DNA of 64,000 nucleotides, taken from assembly GCA_045648505.1 (NCBI GenBank), contig JAZROD010000060.1, positions 45,904 to 109,903 of the forward strand. The letters run 5' to 3'. The position numbers and the translations under genes were made by a program. The notes under the pieces are model-generated. The model did no database searches. It saw only the letters and a program-made list of their open reading frames with translations, and was not told where the DNA came from. This document shows, piece by piece, positions 29,800 through 38,728 of this stretch. Numbering within the stretch: the stretch's first letter is position 1; each line of letters starts with the position of its first letter. This DNA comes from Clostridia bacterium (GTDB lineage: Bacteria; Bacillota; Clostridia; RGIG6154).

Positions 29800-30246
29800 T
29801 TATGTTGTCAATTCTTCTATTGGCGGTTGAGAGCTTTCAGATAATTCTCCACCGTATGCAGCAACTTGATAATAATCTTCTCTTGGCATTTCAAATGTTT
29901 TCTTTGTATATTTATCATTTATAAGCAAATCATCAATATATGTGTTTGCTCTCTTTTTCCCGAGTTCGTTAAGCTTATGATATTTGTCTAATAAAAGATT
30001 GTCGTTTGTGTCACCTTTTACACTTTTATTATTTTCAGGATTGTCAGTAAGACCTATAAGAAAATCTCCTGTTGTGTCTAATATGGTGCAAAGTTGTTTA
30101 ATTATTTTAAGATTGGGATAATTTTTGCCTGTTTCATACATAGCTATTGTAGATTTTGATAAATTCATAATTTGTGCTAATTCGCCTTGAGTTAGCTTTT
30201 TTTCTTTTCTTAAATGACTTATTCTTTCGCCAACTGTTAAAAACAT
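29800..30246 (-). CDS. cI-like XRE-family repressor
   Basis: N-terminal HTH_XRE (LTQGELAQIMNLSKSTIAMYETGKNYP). Divergent from a cro-like gene. Confidence 0.75.
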   Translation of the reverse strand: MFLTVGERISHLRKEKKLTQGELAQIMNLSKSTIAMYETGKNYPNLKIIKQLCTILDTTGDFLIGLTDNPENNKSVKGDTNDNLLLDKYHKLNELGKKRANTYIDDLLINDKYTKKTFEMPREDYYQVAAYGGELSESSQPPIEELTT

Positions 30247-30278
30247 ATCAAAGCCCCCTTTATGTTATTTCTGTAATC

Positions 30279-30372
30279 AAAATATCACAATTTATGTAGT
30301 TTGTCAATATAAAAATCACAAAATATGATTTTATTTTCCGAAAAGTATTGACAAAATCACAAATAATGATTA
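30279..30372. promoter_or_regulatory. Divergent promoter/operator region with three ATCACA-n5-TGATT palindromic operators
   Basis: aaaatcacaaaatatgatttt (30312-30332), aaaatcacaaataatgatt (30353-30371) and a degenerate aatatcacaatttatg (30279-30296). TTGACA-17-TATTAT overlaps O2 and points toward the cro-like gene. Confidence 0.55.
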
Positions 30373-30420
30373 TTATGTATCTGTAAAGTTCACGAATGAT
30401 GAACAGGAAGGGGAATTTTT

Positions 30421-30609
30421 ATGTTAAAGAATTTAGAGGCAGAACAGGCACGTAAGAAAAAAACAGATGCAGATATTGCTGAAGTTTTAGGAATTGCAAG
30501 GGAAACATACAACAAAAAGAAGAAAAACTTACATTTTACCTTCTTAGAGATAAAAAGCTTATGTCTATACTTTGATGCAACATTTGAGTATCTCTTTGCA
30601 ACCGAATGA
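30421..30609 (+). CDS. Cro-like XRE-family HTH protein
   Basis: 62 aa, HTH_XRE (KTDADIAEVLGIARETYNKKK). Confidence 0.6.
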   Translation: MLKNLEAEQARKKKTDADIAEVLGIARETYNKKKKNLHFTFLEIKSLCLYFDATFEYLFATE

Positions 30610-30664
30610 ATTAAACCACAGGAGCGGACATCTGCTCCGCAATAAGAAAGGAGAACAAACTGCA

Positions 30665-30808
30665 ATGGAAAACAAAGAGATTTTAAGAATTACTAAAAAG
30701 GTCAAAAAGGACCTTAAGGGCAAAATTGCTTTATTATGTGCCTTAGCATCTGCAGGAGCAGTTATCGGCACAATGCTTTTTAGTAAGGTGGTGAAAGCAG
30801 ATGCATAA
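30665..30808 (+). CDS. 47-aa single-TM peptide (possible)
   Basis: MENKEILRITKK..IALLCALASAGAVIGTMLF. Weak RBS, and the listed ORF has longer in-frame upstream starts. Confidence 0.25.
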   Translation: MENKEILRITKKVKKDLKGKIALLCALASAGAVIGTMLFSKVVKADA

Positions 30809-31394
30809 AGAAATATTGAAAAATTCTATAACAAAGTTACCTAAAGGGACTGATAGCGAACAAGTGAAAAGGCTTGACAATATTTTGTGTACTATATATG
30901 GGACTTTGGAAGAAAGAATAACAGACGAAAAAACACTTGAATATCTTGACAATTTAAGAGATTGTATAGATTACATAAAAGTTGAAAGCTTTGACAATGG
31001 TGTTTGTTATGGATTGGAACTTGCAAACGCATATAAAACAATAATATACGAGCCAAGACGAGCTTTTGAAGATATGAGAGCCTCTTTAGAACCATTCGAC
31101 AAAAAGTATGATGATATAGATAAAACATATACAGAGATTTTAGCAAATAAGCACAATAATATTTATTCTGATGATGCTATAGACACATTACATCATGAGT
31201 ATATGTTCAGAGAGGACTACACAGAGGCAGTCGTCAGCATAGATAAAACAAAAGAAGCGGAAGATGCAAAAGAGCGATTTTATAAAGATAAGCTGAAAGA
31301 TGAAGAAATACTAACAGCAATTAACACTTGTTATCTTGATGAAGGCTTCAGACAAGGTTTCAAGTGTGCAATGAATATAAAGAACAAACGATAA
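30801..31394 (+). CDS. Hypothetical protein (197 aa, acidic, no recognisable domain)
   Basis: Clean ORF that overlaps the upstream peptide ORF stop. Function not inferable from sequence. Confidence 0.5.
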   Translation: MHKEILKNSITKLPKGTDSEQVKRLDNILCTIYGTLEERITDEKTLEYLDNLRDCIDYIKVESFDNGVCYGLELANAYKTIIYEPRRAFEDMRASLEPFDKKYDDIDKTYTEILANKHNNIYSDDAIDTLHHEYMFREDYTEAVVSIDKTKEAEDAKERFYKDKLKDEEILTAINTCYLDEGFRQGFKCAMNIKNKR

Positions 31395-31419
31395 AAACAA
31401 CCGAAAGGAGCGAAATCTG

Positions 31420-31524
31420 ATGTATTATGTTATTTGTCAGGACTGCGGAGCAAGGCTTGACACAGGGGAAAAATGCGACTGCAAACAACAAGCCAAGAGT
31501 AAGAAAGGCGGTAAAGCAAAATGA
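31420..31524 (+). CDS. 34-aa Cys-rich zinc-ribbon-like mini-protein (possible)
   Basis: MYYVICQDCGARLDTGEKCDCKQQAKSKKGGKAK, with an AAAGGAG RBS 8 nt upstream. It is too short for the ORF track. A 49-aa TM peptide ORF (31521-31670) follows with an ATGA overlap. Confidence 0.3.
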   Translation: MYYVICQDCGARLDTGEKCDCKQQAKSKKGGKAK

Positions 31525-31659
31525 ATAATATTATAATTACCGTTTTGATTTGGTGTTCTGTGTGCTTATTCTTTGGCATTTTGGGAGTGGTAGAGAAAAT
31601 TCCGTACATAGACAAGCTTTTAAGCGAAGCAGTAAAAAGAATTGAAAGGAGCGGAAAAT

Positions 31660-31878
31660 ATGAGTGGTGAAAAGATTGTAGCCTTTGGAAATGAAGAAAC
31701 AGTTAATACCGATTTAATATTTTATGATACAAAAGATGTAGCAAGAATATTGAGGTGTTCTATACAGTCTGCAAGAGACATTATGCACAGGAAAGACTTT
31801 CCGCTTATCCAGGTCGCAAAAAATATGAGAGTTTCAAAAAGTGCTTTTGAAAAATGGGCCATGGAAAGAAGAAGTTAA
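31660..31878 (+). CDS. Excisionase/AlpA-like HTH DNA-binding protein
   Basis: 72 aa, DTKDVARILRCSIQSARDIMHRKDFPLIQVAKNMRVSKSAFEKW resembles the HTH_17/Xis family. RBS aaaggagcgg. Confidence 0.5.
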   Translation: MSGEKIVAFGNEETVNTDLIFYDTKDVARILRCSIQSARDIMHRKDFPLIQVAKNMRVSKSAFEKWAMERRS

Positions 31879-32015
31879 AAAGAAGCGGAGAGGATCTGCT
31901 CTTATGAAGAATAAAGAAAAATATCAAACCTAAAATTATAACTGCCTACGGGCAGTTTTTAGGCTTGTATGATAATCATAAATAATCAACCGTATCACAG
32001 AGAAGGGGTGAGCGG

Positions 32016-32282
32016 TTGTTCAAGAAAAGACGAGGTATAAAGATACCATACAACAAACAAGGACTAATTTATTTTATTTGTCTTGATTATAAAAACCAAC
32101 CTCAGAAGATACAGGACAAAATAAAAGGTCTCTGTCACACCGTAGGCGGAGAGGAATACGAAAAGGCTTTGTTTGAGTTTGTAACAACAGAGGCAGGAGC
32201 AATTAAAATCAGCTTAAAGCATTATACAAGTGAAACAAGCTTGTATCAGATGCGTAAAAAGTTTTATGAGCTGTGGAAGTGA
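32016..32282 (+). CDS. Hypothetical protein (88 aa)
   Basis: ORF located between the xis-like and rep genes. No recognisable motifs. Confidence 0.35.
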   Translation: MFKKRRGIKIPYNKQGLIYFICLDYKNQPQKIQDKIKGLCHTVGGEEYEKALFEFVTTEAGAIKISLKHYTSETSLYQMRKKFYELWK

Positions 32283-32299
32283 AAGGAATATAAGAACAA

Positions 32300-33052
32300 A
32301 TGCGAAAAATCAGCCGAGAAATTATATACAAGGCAGGTCAATATATGGACTTACAAAATTACCCTGTTTATAAAAAACAAGGGCAAAGAGCAAAAAGAGG
32401 TAAACCAACATCAGAAGTGCAGCAGAAAATAAACGAAAGAAATTCAAAAATGAAATTATCAAGACTTCTACACGCAAATTTCACAAGTGATGATATAGAG
32501 ATACATTTGACATATTCAGAAGATTGCTTACCTGCAGATGCAAGAGAGGCTTTGAAAGATGTTCAAAACTACATAAGACGACTAAGGAAACATTACAAGG
32601 GAAAAGAGCTTAAATATATTACTGTAACAGAAACAGGAACGGAAAACGGAAGATTTCACCATCACATCACTATAAGTGGCGGTGTTTCAAGAGATATTCT
32701 CGAGGAAGAATGGACAAAAGGCTATGCAAACAGTAAAAGACTACAATTTACCGATAAAGGTTTACAGGGCCTTGCAAACTATATGACAAAACAGAAACTT
32801 GCTTTTAGACGTTGGAACTGCTCAAAGAATTTAGTTAAGCCAACAGAAAAGGTGCGCCATAACACAATATCAAATAAAAAACTCAAAGAAATGTATATAT
32901 ACCAGGAGCAGAACGGAGAAAAGCTCTTGATTGAAAAATACGCAGACTTTTTAGCAAAACTTTATCCCGGCTACAAAATAACAGAATTAAAGATTGTTGA
33001 AAATGATGTCAACAAAGGTTATTATATGCACATATTCGGTAAAAGAATATAA
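32300..33052 (+). CDS. rep: Putative HUH-motif replication initiator (rolling-circle Rep-like)
   Basis: FHHHITISGG (H-U-H motif) and a downstream GLANYMTKQ candidate catalytic Tyr. It is followed by a structured putative origin region. Confidence 0.5.
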   Translation: MRKISREIIYKAGQYMDLQNYPVYKKQGQRAKRGKPTSEVQQKINERNSKMKLSRLLHANFTSDDIEIHLTYSEDCLPADAREALKDVQNYIRRLRKHYKGKELKYITVTETGTENGRFHHHITISGGVSRDILEEEWTKGYANSKRLQFTDKGLQGLANYMTKQKLAFRRWNCSKNLVKPTEKVRHNTISNKKLKEMYIYQEQNGEKLLIEKYADFLAKLYPGYKITELKIVENDVNKGYYMHIFGKRI

Positions 33053-33070
33053 GTTTGCAAAAGTTCGCAA

Positions 33071-33107
33071 CACGCAATAAATGCGCACGTGTGCGTGTGC
33101 ATGTGCG
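33071..33107. repeat. 37-nt perfectly alternating purine-pyrimidine GC-rich tract (atgcgcacgtgtgcgtgtgcatgtgcgtgtgcgcgtg)
   Basis: Direct reading of the sequence. It lies immediately 3' of rep in a ~35% GC background and is flanked by inverted gcaa-rich repeats (33040-33065 and 33245-33270). Confidence 0.7.
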
Positions 33108-33693
33108 TGTGCGCGTGAGAAAAAAGCGAATAAATAAAGAGTTTACAATATTTCTTTTGTATGGTTTACAAAACCAAACAAAAAACAAGCAAATGCGAAG
33201 TTGATTAAAAAGAGGCTTGAAACATAAATGTTTTAAGTGCTTTTTGCGTTGTTGAAATTCGCAAACGATTGGGAATTTGTGTATAAATACTTGCAATTAT
33301 TTTAATATAGTGTTATAATGTAAGTGCAGGATAGCACTTACGGTTGGGTGCTATCTCCCCCTTTGGTGTTTTCCTGAAATATACAAAGGGGGTTTGTTCT
33401 TTAAATTTAGTTTTTTCATAAAAGCATACCTCTGTTACCAAGTCTGAATGGCTTGGTTTTTTCTTTATAAGCTCTGCATCAGGAAGAGCAGACAAAAGAA
33501 GCGGTAATATTTCCGCTTCCTATGAATTTTATGTTGCCAATATGTTGCCTATTGTTGCCTATTTGTTGCCTATGAAACGATTTTAAACAAACTCAAACTG
33601 ATTTTAAAAGAAAACATAAAAGTCTTGAAAGTGCCTATTTATAAGGGCTTGCAGACTTTTAAGTAAAAAAATAAAGACGGTTGTAAAAGCCGC

Positions 33694-33720
33694 CTTTTTG
33701 GTGCAGGTGGTGGGAATCGA
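33694..33720. repeat. attR core (overlaps the tRNA-Leu 3' end)
   Basis: Direct repeat partner of 27236-27263. Confidence 0.8.
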
Positions 33721-33785
33721 ACCCACACGGTATCACTACCACAGGATTTTGAGTCCAGCGCGTCTGCCAGTTCCACCACACCTGC
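33699..33785 (-). tRNA. tRNA-Leu (anticodon CAA), type II with long variable arm and encoded CCA
   Basis: The reverse complement GCAGGTGTGGTGGAACTGGCAGACGCGCTGGACTCAAAATCCTGTGGTAGTGATACCGTGTGGGTTCGATTCCCACCACCTGCACCA folds with a 7-bp acceptor stem, a GGTTCGATTCC T-arm and a CUCAAAA anticodon loop. There is one T-T mismatch in the anticodon stem. Confidence 0.8.
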
Positions 33786-33831
33786 AAGTACCTTGTTATG
33801 ATAGCACAAAAGGTTTTATTTGTCAACAATT

Positions 33832-34974
33832 TTAAAGTGCTTTTATCACATCTTTTATTTCTTCATAGCTTTTGCCAAAGCTTCCCTGCACCATAAGGTC
33901 ATTTCCTCCGCCTTTACCACAAAGTTGAGTATTTATATCTTTTATAAGTGTTCTTAAAGGCATATTTTCTGCACCTATTATATATCTGTATGCATCTTCT
34001 TCACCGTTTAAAACACAAATACATTTTTCTGTTTTTGCTTTAAGAAGATTCACAAGTTCTCTCATACCATCTGTTTTAAGAAAACTGTCCTTAACAACAA
34101 TACTTTCAGTTGTTTTTTTAAAGCTTTGAGCAATAAGTCTTGCTCTTTCTATGTCAGATTGTTCCAGTTCATATTTAAGCTTGTTTGTTTCTTCCATATA
34201 TTTTTCAACAAACTCAACAAGGCTTTCCTGTTTTGCAGACATAAGACCTGAAATTGCTTTTACTGTATCATAGGTTTTTTTGTAATGGATAAAAGCTTCT
34301 TCACCGCAATGAATAAAAAGTCTTGTTCCGCCTTTCCAGTTAAGGCTTTCAACAATTTTAATAACCCCAACTTCGCCTGTGCTTTTAACATGAGGTGCAC
34401 AGCAGGCACAAAAATCGCAATCCCTGATTTCAACAATTCTTACATTTTCTTTAAGGTCAAGCTTTGCACGGTAGTTAAGGACTTCAAGCTCTTCCTCATT
34501 TGGAAAATAACAAAGAATTTCTTTGTTTTCATAAATAATTTTATTTGCCTGAAACTCTATCTGCTCAAGCTGTTCTTTCGTAAACTGAAGGTCGTAATCC
34601 ATTGTGACCACATCATCACCAAGATGAAAACCAACATTTTCCGCACCAAACAGATTGTGTGCAACGCCAGACATAATATGCTCGCCTGTGTGGTTTTGCA
34701 TTTTTATATATCTTCTTTCAAAGTCAAGCTTGCAGAAAACTGCACCAGTTACTTCTTTATCTGCATAATGATATATGATGCCGTTTTCTTCCTGAACATC
34801 AATTACTTTTGCATCGGCTATAAAGCCTGTGTCTGCAGTCTGTCCTCCGCCTTCAGGGAAAAATGCGGTTTTGTCTAAAATGATTTTAAAAATATTTTTT
34901 TCTTTTTCGCAAGACAAAACATTTGCCTGAAATTCTTTTATATATGAATCTTTATAAAAAAGTTTTTCTGTCAT
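33832..34974 (-). CDS. alaX: AlaX-type alanyl-tRNA editing protein (Ser/Gly-tRNA(Ala) deacylase)
   Basis: Zinc-binding HTGEHIMSGV and CCAPHV motifs of the AlaRS editing/second-additional-domain family. Confidence 0.7.
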   Translation of the reverse strand: MTEKLFYKDSYIKEFQANVLSCEKEKNIFKIILDKTAFFPEGGGQTADTGFIADAKVIDVQEENGIIYHYADKEVTGAVFCKLDFERRYIKMQNHTGEHIMSGVAHNLFGAENVGFHLGDDVVTMDYDLQFTKEQLEQIEFQANKIIYENKEILCYFPNEEELEVLNYRAKLDLKENVRIVEIRDCDFCACCAPHVKSTGEVGVIKIVESLNWKGGTRLFIHCGEEAFIHYKKTYDTVKAISGLMSAKQESLVEFVEKYMEETNKLKYELEQSDIERARLIAQSFKKTTESIVVKDSFLKTDGMRELVNLLKAKTEKCICVLNGEEDAYRYIIGAENMPLRTLIKDINTQLCGKGGGNDLMVQGSFGKSYEEIKDVIKAL

Positions 34975-34993
34975 GGTATAAACTCCTTAATTT

Positions 34994-35455
34994 GTGGAAT
35001 ATTATTTTCGAGGTGATTTTGTGATTGGTTTTCTGGCAAGTGTTATTGCAGGAGCCGTTATGAGTCTGCAGGGTGTTTTTAACACCAGACTCAGCGAAAA
35101 TATAGGACTTTACGAGTCCAATGTTTTTGTTCAGGGCAGTGCTTTTGCCTTCTCTCTTTTAGCAATGCTCTTACTTGGCAAAGGCAGTTTTTCTGCCATA
35201 AAAGGAGTTAATTTGCTTTATCTTTCAGGCGGTCTTTTAGGTGTTGTAATCACCATAACCGTTATGCTTGGTATAAGCAAATTAAATCCCACAACTGCAA
35301 TATCTGTTATTCTTATATCACAGCTTATCTGTGCAGCTCTTATAGATGCCTTTGGACTTTTTGGTGCTGAAAAAATAGCTTTTAATTTTAAGAATTATGT
35401 GGGCATCGCACTTATGATAAGCGGAATAGTGGTTTTTAAACTTGCCAATCGATAG
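34994..35455 (+). CDS. Small DMT-superfamily membrane protein (YdcZ/DUF606-like)
   Basis: ~150 aa with 4-5 TM helices. A possible alternative GTG start at 35021 is preceded by gaggtg. Confidence 0.4.
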   Translation: MEYYFRGDFVIGFLASVIAGAVMSLQGVFNTRLSENIGLYESNVFVQGSAFAFSLLAMLLLGKGSFSAIKGVNLLYLSGGLLGVVITITVMLGISKLNPTTAISVILISQLICAALIDAFGLFGAEKIAFNFKNYVGIALMISGIVVFKLANR

Positions 35456-36101
35456 GCTTTATATTGTTTTCTTCAAGGAACTGATTTGTTTTTGAAAAAT
35501 GCCTGCAACCGAAGAACCCTCCGTAAGCAGATAACGGACTCGGATGAACGCTCTCTAAAATCAGATGATTTTTGTTTGTTATCAGCGACTTTTTCGAACG
35601 GGCATTTCCTCCCCATAGCAAGAAAACAATCGGCTTTTCTCTGTCGTTTAAAATTGAAATAACTTTATCGGTGAAAATTTCCCAGCCCTTTCCTTTGTGG
35701 CTGTTTGGCGAAGCTTCTCTTACAGTTAATGTGGTGTTAAGTAAAAGTATCCCCTCTTTTGTCCATTTTGTAAGCTCGCCGTGGTCCGGAATTTTAAAAC
35801 CTGTATCACTATTTAATTCTTTATAGATGTTGATAAGCGACGGAGGCGGATTTACCCCCTTTAAAACTGAAAAACACAAGCCGTGTGCCTGACCTTTTCC
35901 GTGATATGGGTCCTGTCCCAGTATGACAACCTTCACATCGCTGTAAGATGTGTATTTAAAGGCGTTGAATATGTCAAACATGGGCGGATAAACGGTAGCA
36001 GATGAATATTCTGCTTTAAGGAATTCTCTTAATTTAAGATAATATTCTTTTTTGAATTCATCTTGTAAAAGCTCGTCCCATTCATTATCAAACTTTATCA
36101 T
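35436..36101 (-). CDS. ung: Uracil-DNA glycosylase (family 1)
   Basis: GQDPYHG water-activating motif and the HPSPLS leucine-loop motif. Confidence 0.9.
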   Translation of the reverse strand: MIKFDNEWDELLQDEFKKEYYLKLREFLKAEYSSATVYPPMFDIFNAFKYTSYSDVKVVILGQDPYHGKGQAHGLCFSVLKGVNPPPSLINIYKELNSDTGFKIPDHGELTKWTKEGILLLNTTLTVREASPNSHKGKGWEIFTDKVISILNDREKPIVFLLWGGNARSKKSLITNKNHLILESVHPSPLSAYGGFFGCRHFSKTNQFLEENNIKPIDWQV

Positions 36102-36185
36102 AACTTCACCTCTTTATGCTATTATATTATCACATCTTTGACTTTTTTTCAATTATGTGGTAATATTTATTTTGGAGGCATTTGT

Positions 36186-36857
36186 ATGGCAAAAAACATT
36201 AAAACAATATCTTTTATATGCTTTCTTTTGGCAACCGTTGTTCTCTCTTTTATCTGTATTCCTCTGGTGAAAGGTTTTACAGATGCACAGGCAATAGATG
36301 CGTTCAAGGAGAGCTTCGGTGGTTTTGGTGTGTTTGCCTTGCTTATTATACAAATTCTGCAGATAATAGTTGCTCTTATTCCCGGTGAAGTTATTGAATT
36401 TGCAGCAGGTGCATTGTTTGGTGGCTTGAGGGGAACGATTTTGTGTGTGGCAGGTATCGGAGCAGGACAGTATATGGTCTTTATGCTTGTGAAAAAGTGG
36501 GGAAATGATGTTATTTCTCCCGATAAGAAATTCATAAACAAAGTCACTTTTCTTAAAGATGAAAGAAAGGTTAAAATTTTAACATTTATCCTTTTCTTTC
36601 TGCCCGGAACACCAAAAGATTTGCTTACATATTTTATGCCCGCAACAAGTATTGACCTGAAGAGCTTTCTTTTTATAACTCTTCTGGCAAGAATACCATC
36701 GGTTTTGTCCTCCACAATCGCAGGTAGTATGTATGCAAAAGGGAATATAAAGCTTACAGTGTTTATATATATCATTGTGGCAATCACAAGCGGTATTGGT
36801 TACCTGATATACAAATTTTTCTTTGACAGGAGGCATAAAAATGGCACAGACAGATAA
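36186..36857 (+). CDS. DedA/TVP38-TMEM64 family membrane protein
   Basis: [18 protein letters not shown] DedA signature. GGAGG RBS before the ATG at 36186. Confidence 0.75.
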   Translation: MAKNIKTISFICFLLATVVLSFICIPLVKGFTDAQAIDAFKESFGGFGVFALLIIQILQIIVALIPGEVIEFAAGALFGGLRGTILCVAGIGAGQYMVFMLVKKWGNDVISPDKKFINKVTFLKDERKVKILTFILFFLPGTPKDLLTYFMPATSIDLKSFLFITLLARIPSVLSSTIAGSMYAKGNIKLTVFIYIIVAITSGIGYLIYKFFFDRRHKNGTDR

Positions 36858-37305
36858 TATAAAATTAATATCAAACAACAAAAAAGCATATCATGACTTC
36901 TTCATTGAAGAAAAATTTGAAGCAGGTATGGAGCTTTTTGGTACCGAAATAAAATCTGTAAGAATGGGAAATGTAAACCTGAAGGACAGTTGGATTTCTA
37001 TAAAAAATTTAGAGGCTTTTGTTATGGGGATGCACATCAGTCCTTATGAAAAGGGTAATATTTTTAACAAAGACCCTTTAAGAATAAGAAAGCTTCTTCT
37101 TCATAAAAAAGAAATATTAAAGCTTTTTAGTAAGGTTTCACAGGACGGATATTCAATTGTTCCGTTAAGTGTTTATCTTAAAGGCTCAAAAGCGAAAATG
37201 GAAATAGCCCTTGCAAAAGGTAAAAAACTCTACGACAAGAGAGATGATGCGGCTAAAAAGAGTGCAAAAAGAGAAATTGAAAGAGCAGTCAAAGAACGCT
37301 TTTAA
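36841..37305 (+). CDS. smpB: SsrA-binding protein SmpB
   Basis: [39 protein letters not shown], canonical SmpB. AGGAGG RBS. ssrA lies 400 nt downstream. Confidence 0.9.
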   Translation: MAQTDNIKLISNNKKAYHDFFIEEKFEAGMELFGTEIKSVRMGNVNLKDSWISIKNLEAFVMGMHISPYEKGNIFNKDPLRIRKLLLHKKEILKLFSKVSQDGYSIVPLSVYLKGSKAKMEIALAKGKKLYDKRDDAAKKSAKREIERAVKERF

Positions 37306-37704
37306 ATTTCTACAATTTTCATTTGACAATAATGTTATTTTATATTAAAATGCATATTACGAAGTTTGCTTTTTCATTGTGCGAAGCACATCCTTTTGAT
37401 AAATGAAGAACTCACTATCGTTCGTATGAAGTATTGCATAATGAAGTTTGTGCTTACGCACAAAATGATGTGATGTTTGTCCTTGTACCGTAGGTACACT
37501 TCATTTTGCGAAGCAAACTGTTATTGATATGAAGCATCGGCGTTGCCGACATGATGTACTCGCTATGCTCGTATGAAGTAATTCGCTACGCTCATTATGA
37601 AGCGAAGTTTGCTTTTCCATTGTGCAAAGCACACATCATAAGCGAAGCGTCTTCATGTTGCGGAGCAATACTTCATTTGCGAAGCAAACTTCATTATAAT
37701 ACAC

Positions 37705-38052
37705 GGGGGTGTAAAGGTTTCGACGGGGATAAAGAAGTAAGTTAAGCAAGTGGTTGTGCGGAGCAACCTTAAAATCCGTATTATAAATTTAAACGCTAAC
37801 AATAATTTAGCTTACGCTGCCTAATTAAGGCGGCCGTCTGACTTGTATTACCGTGGTATAAGATTCAGGCGTCGACTACACGGTGAACGTGCGTCTGCAA
37901 AGCTTTGAGCAGACCATGAATAATGAAGCTACCAAACAAAGTGCTTTGTTTGCGGAACACTTTATGAGGGAAATCTTAACCACAAACTAAACTTGTAGAA
38001 AGACTTATGGACATATTTTCGGACAGGAGTTCGATTCTCCTCATCTCCACCA
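37705..38052 (+). ncRNA. ssrA: tmRNA (ssrA), ~348 nt, tag peptide reading ...ANNNLAYAA*
   Basis: 5' GGGGGUGUAAAGGUUUCGACGGGGAU, 3' tRNA-like end GGACAGGAGUUCGAUUCUCCUCAUCUCCACCA. Tag ORF gct aac aat aat tta gct tac gct gcc taa. A TATAAT box lies at 37694-37699. Confidence 0.85.
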
Positions 38053-38053
38053 T

Positions 38054-38086
38054 AAAAAATGCCATACGAAAGTATGGTGTTTTTTT
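38054..38086 (+). terminator. rho-independent terminator of ssrA
   Basis: gccatac-gaaa-gtatggt followed by a T7 run. Confidence 0.7.
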
Positions 38087-38233
38087 ATGGTCAATTTCAT
38101 CAAGGAGAATCGAACTCCGCAGGCACGAACGGTTAAATAAAACAGACCGGTGGACTGTTTTATCAGTGAGTGGTGTGAGACGGGTACCACGAGCAGTGCG
38201 GAGTGGTCGTCGAGCAGGCTGCAATCTTTGATT

Positions 38234-38258
38234 GCAGGAGTTCTCCTCATCTCCACCA
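38234..38258 (+). repeat. Partial direct duplication of the ssrA 3' end (gcaggagttc[-5]tcctcatctccacca)
   Basis: Matches 38023-38052 except for a 5-nt gap. It is followed by a terminator-like hairpin aaaaagacatcc-aa-tggatgtcttttt (38260-38288). Confidence 0.7.
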
Positions 38259-38728
38259 ACAAAAAGACATCCAATGGATGTCTTTTTGTGTTTGTGTCCG
38301 CAAGGACACAACATCATTACGAGCATAGCGAGTACATCATTTCAGCGAAGCTGAACATCATTTAGACAGACACAAAATGATGTTATCTTTGATAAATGAT
38401 GTTGCCTGTCGGCAAACAGTGTTGTGCTTTGCACAAATGATGTTGCACTTCGTACAAATTTTTATGGCTTTTAAAGAGAATCGAACTCCGCACGGCGTGG
38501 TGTTGGAGATGAGTTTGCCTTGTATAATTTTACAAAAATAAATTTAATTTTCTATTGTGCAAAAGAAATTGAAGATTTTGCAAAGAAAAAAAGCGGAATT
38601 TGTAGTATAATTACATTGATATTTGTGCATTTGCAAATGTAAATTGATTTTTCTGCACAAATAACAAGGTGTAAATAAAAGAAGAGTATGGATATTTAAA
38701 AATTAATTATTTCAGAAGGGGGAAATTC

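Noticed and set aside
36167-36787. 206-aa antisense ORF opposite the DedA-family gene, and the 34285..34878 ORF opposite alaX
   Set aside because: Antisense to genes with clear homology. The composition is skewed and there is no RBS.
37551-38326. Six-frame ORFs 37551..37745(+), 37976..38326(-), 38007..38231(+), 38041..38274(-) and 38150..38365(+)
   Set aside because: They overlap the tmRNA gene and its flanking repeat and terminator structures. Their composition is Cys/Arg-rich and driven by the repeats. No RBS.
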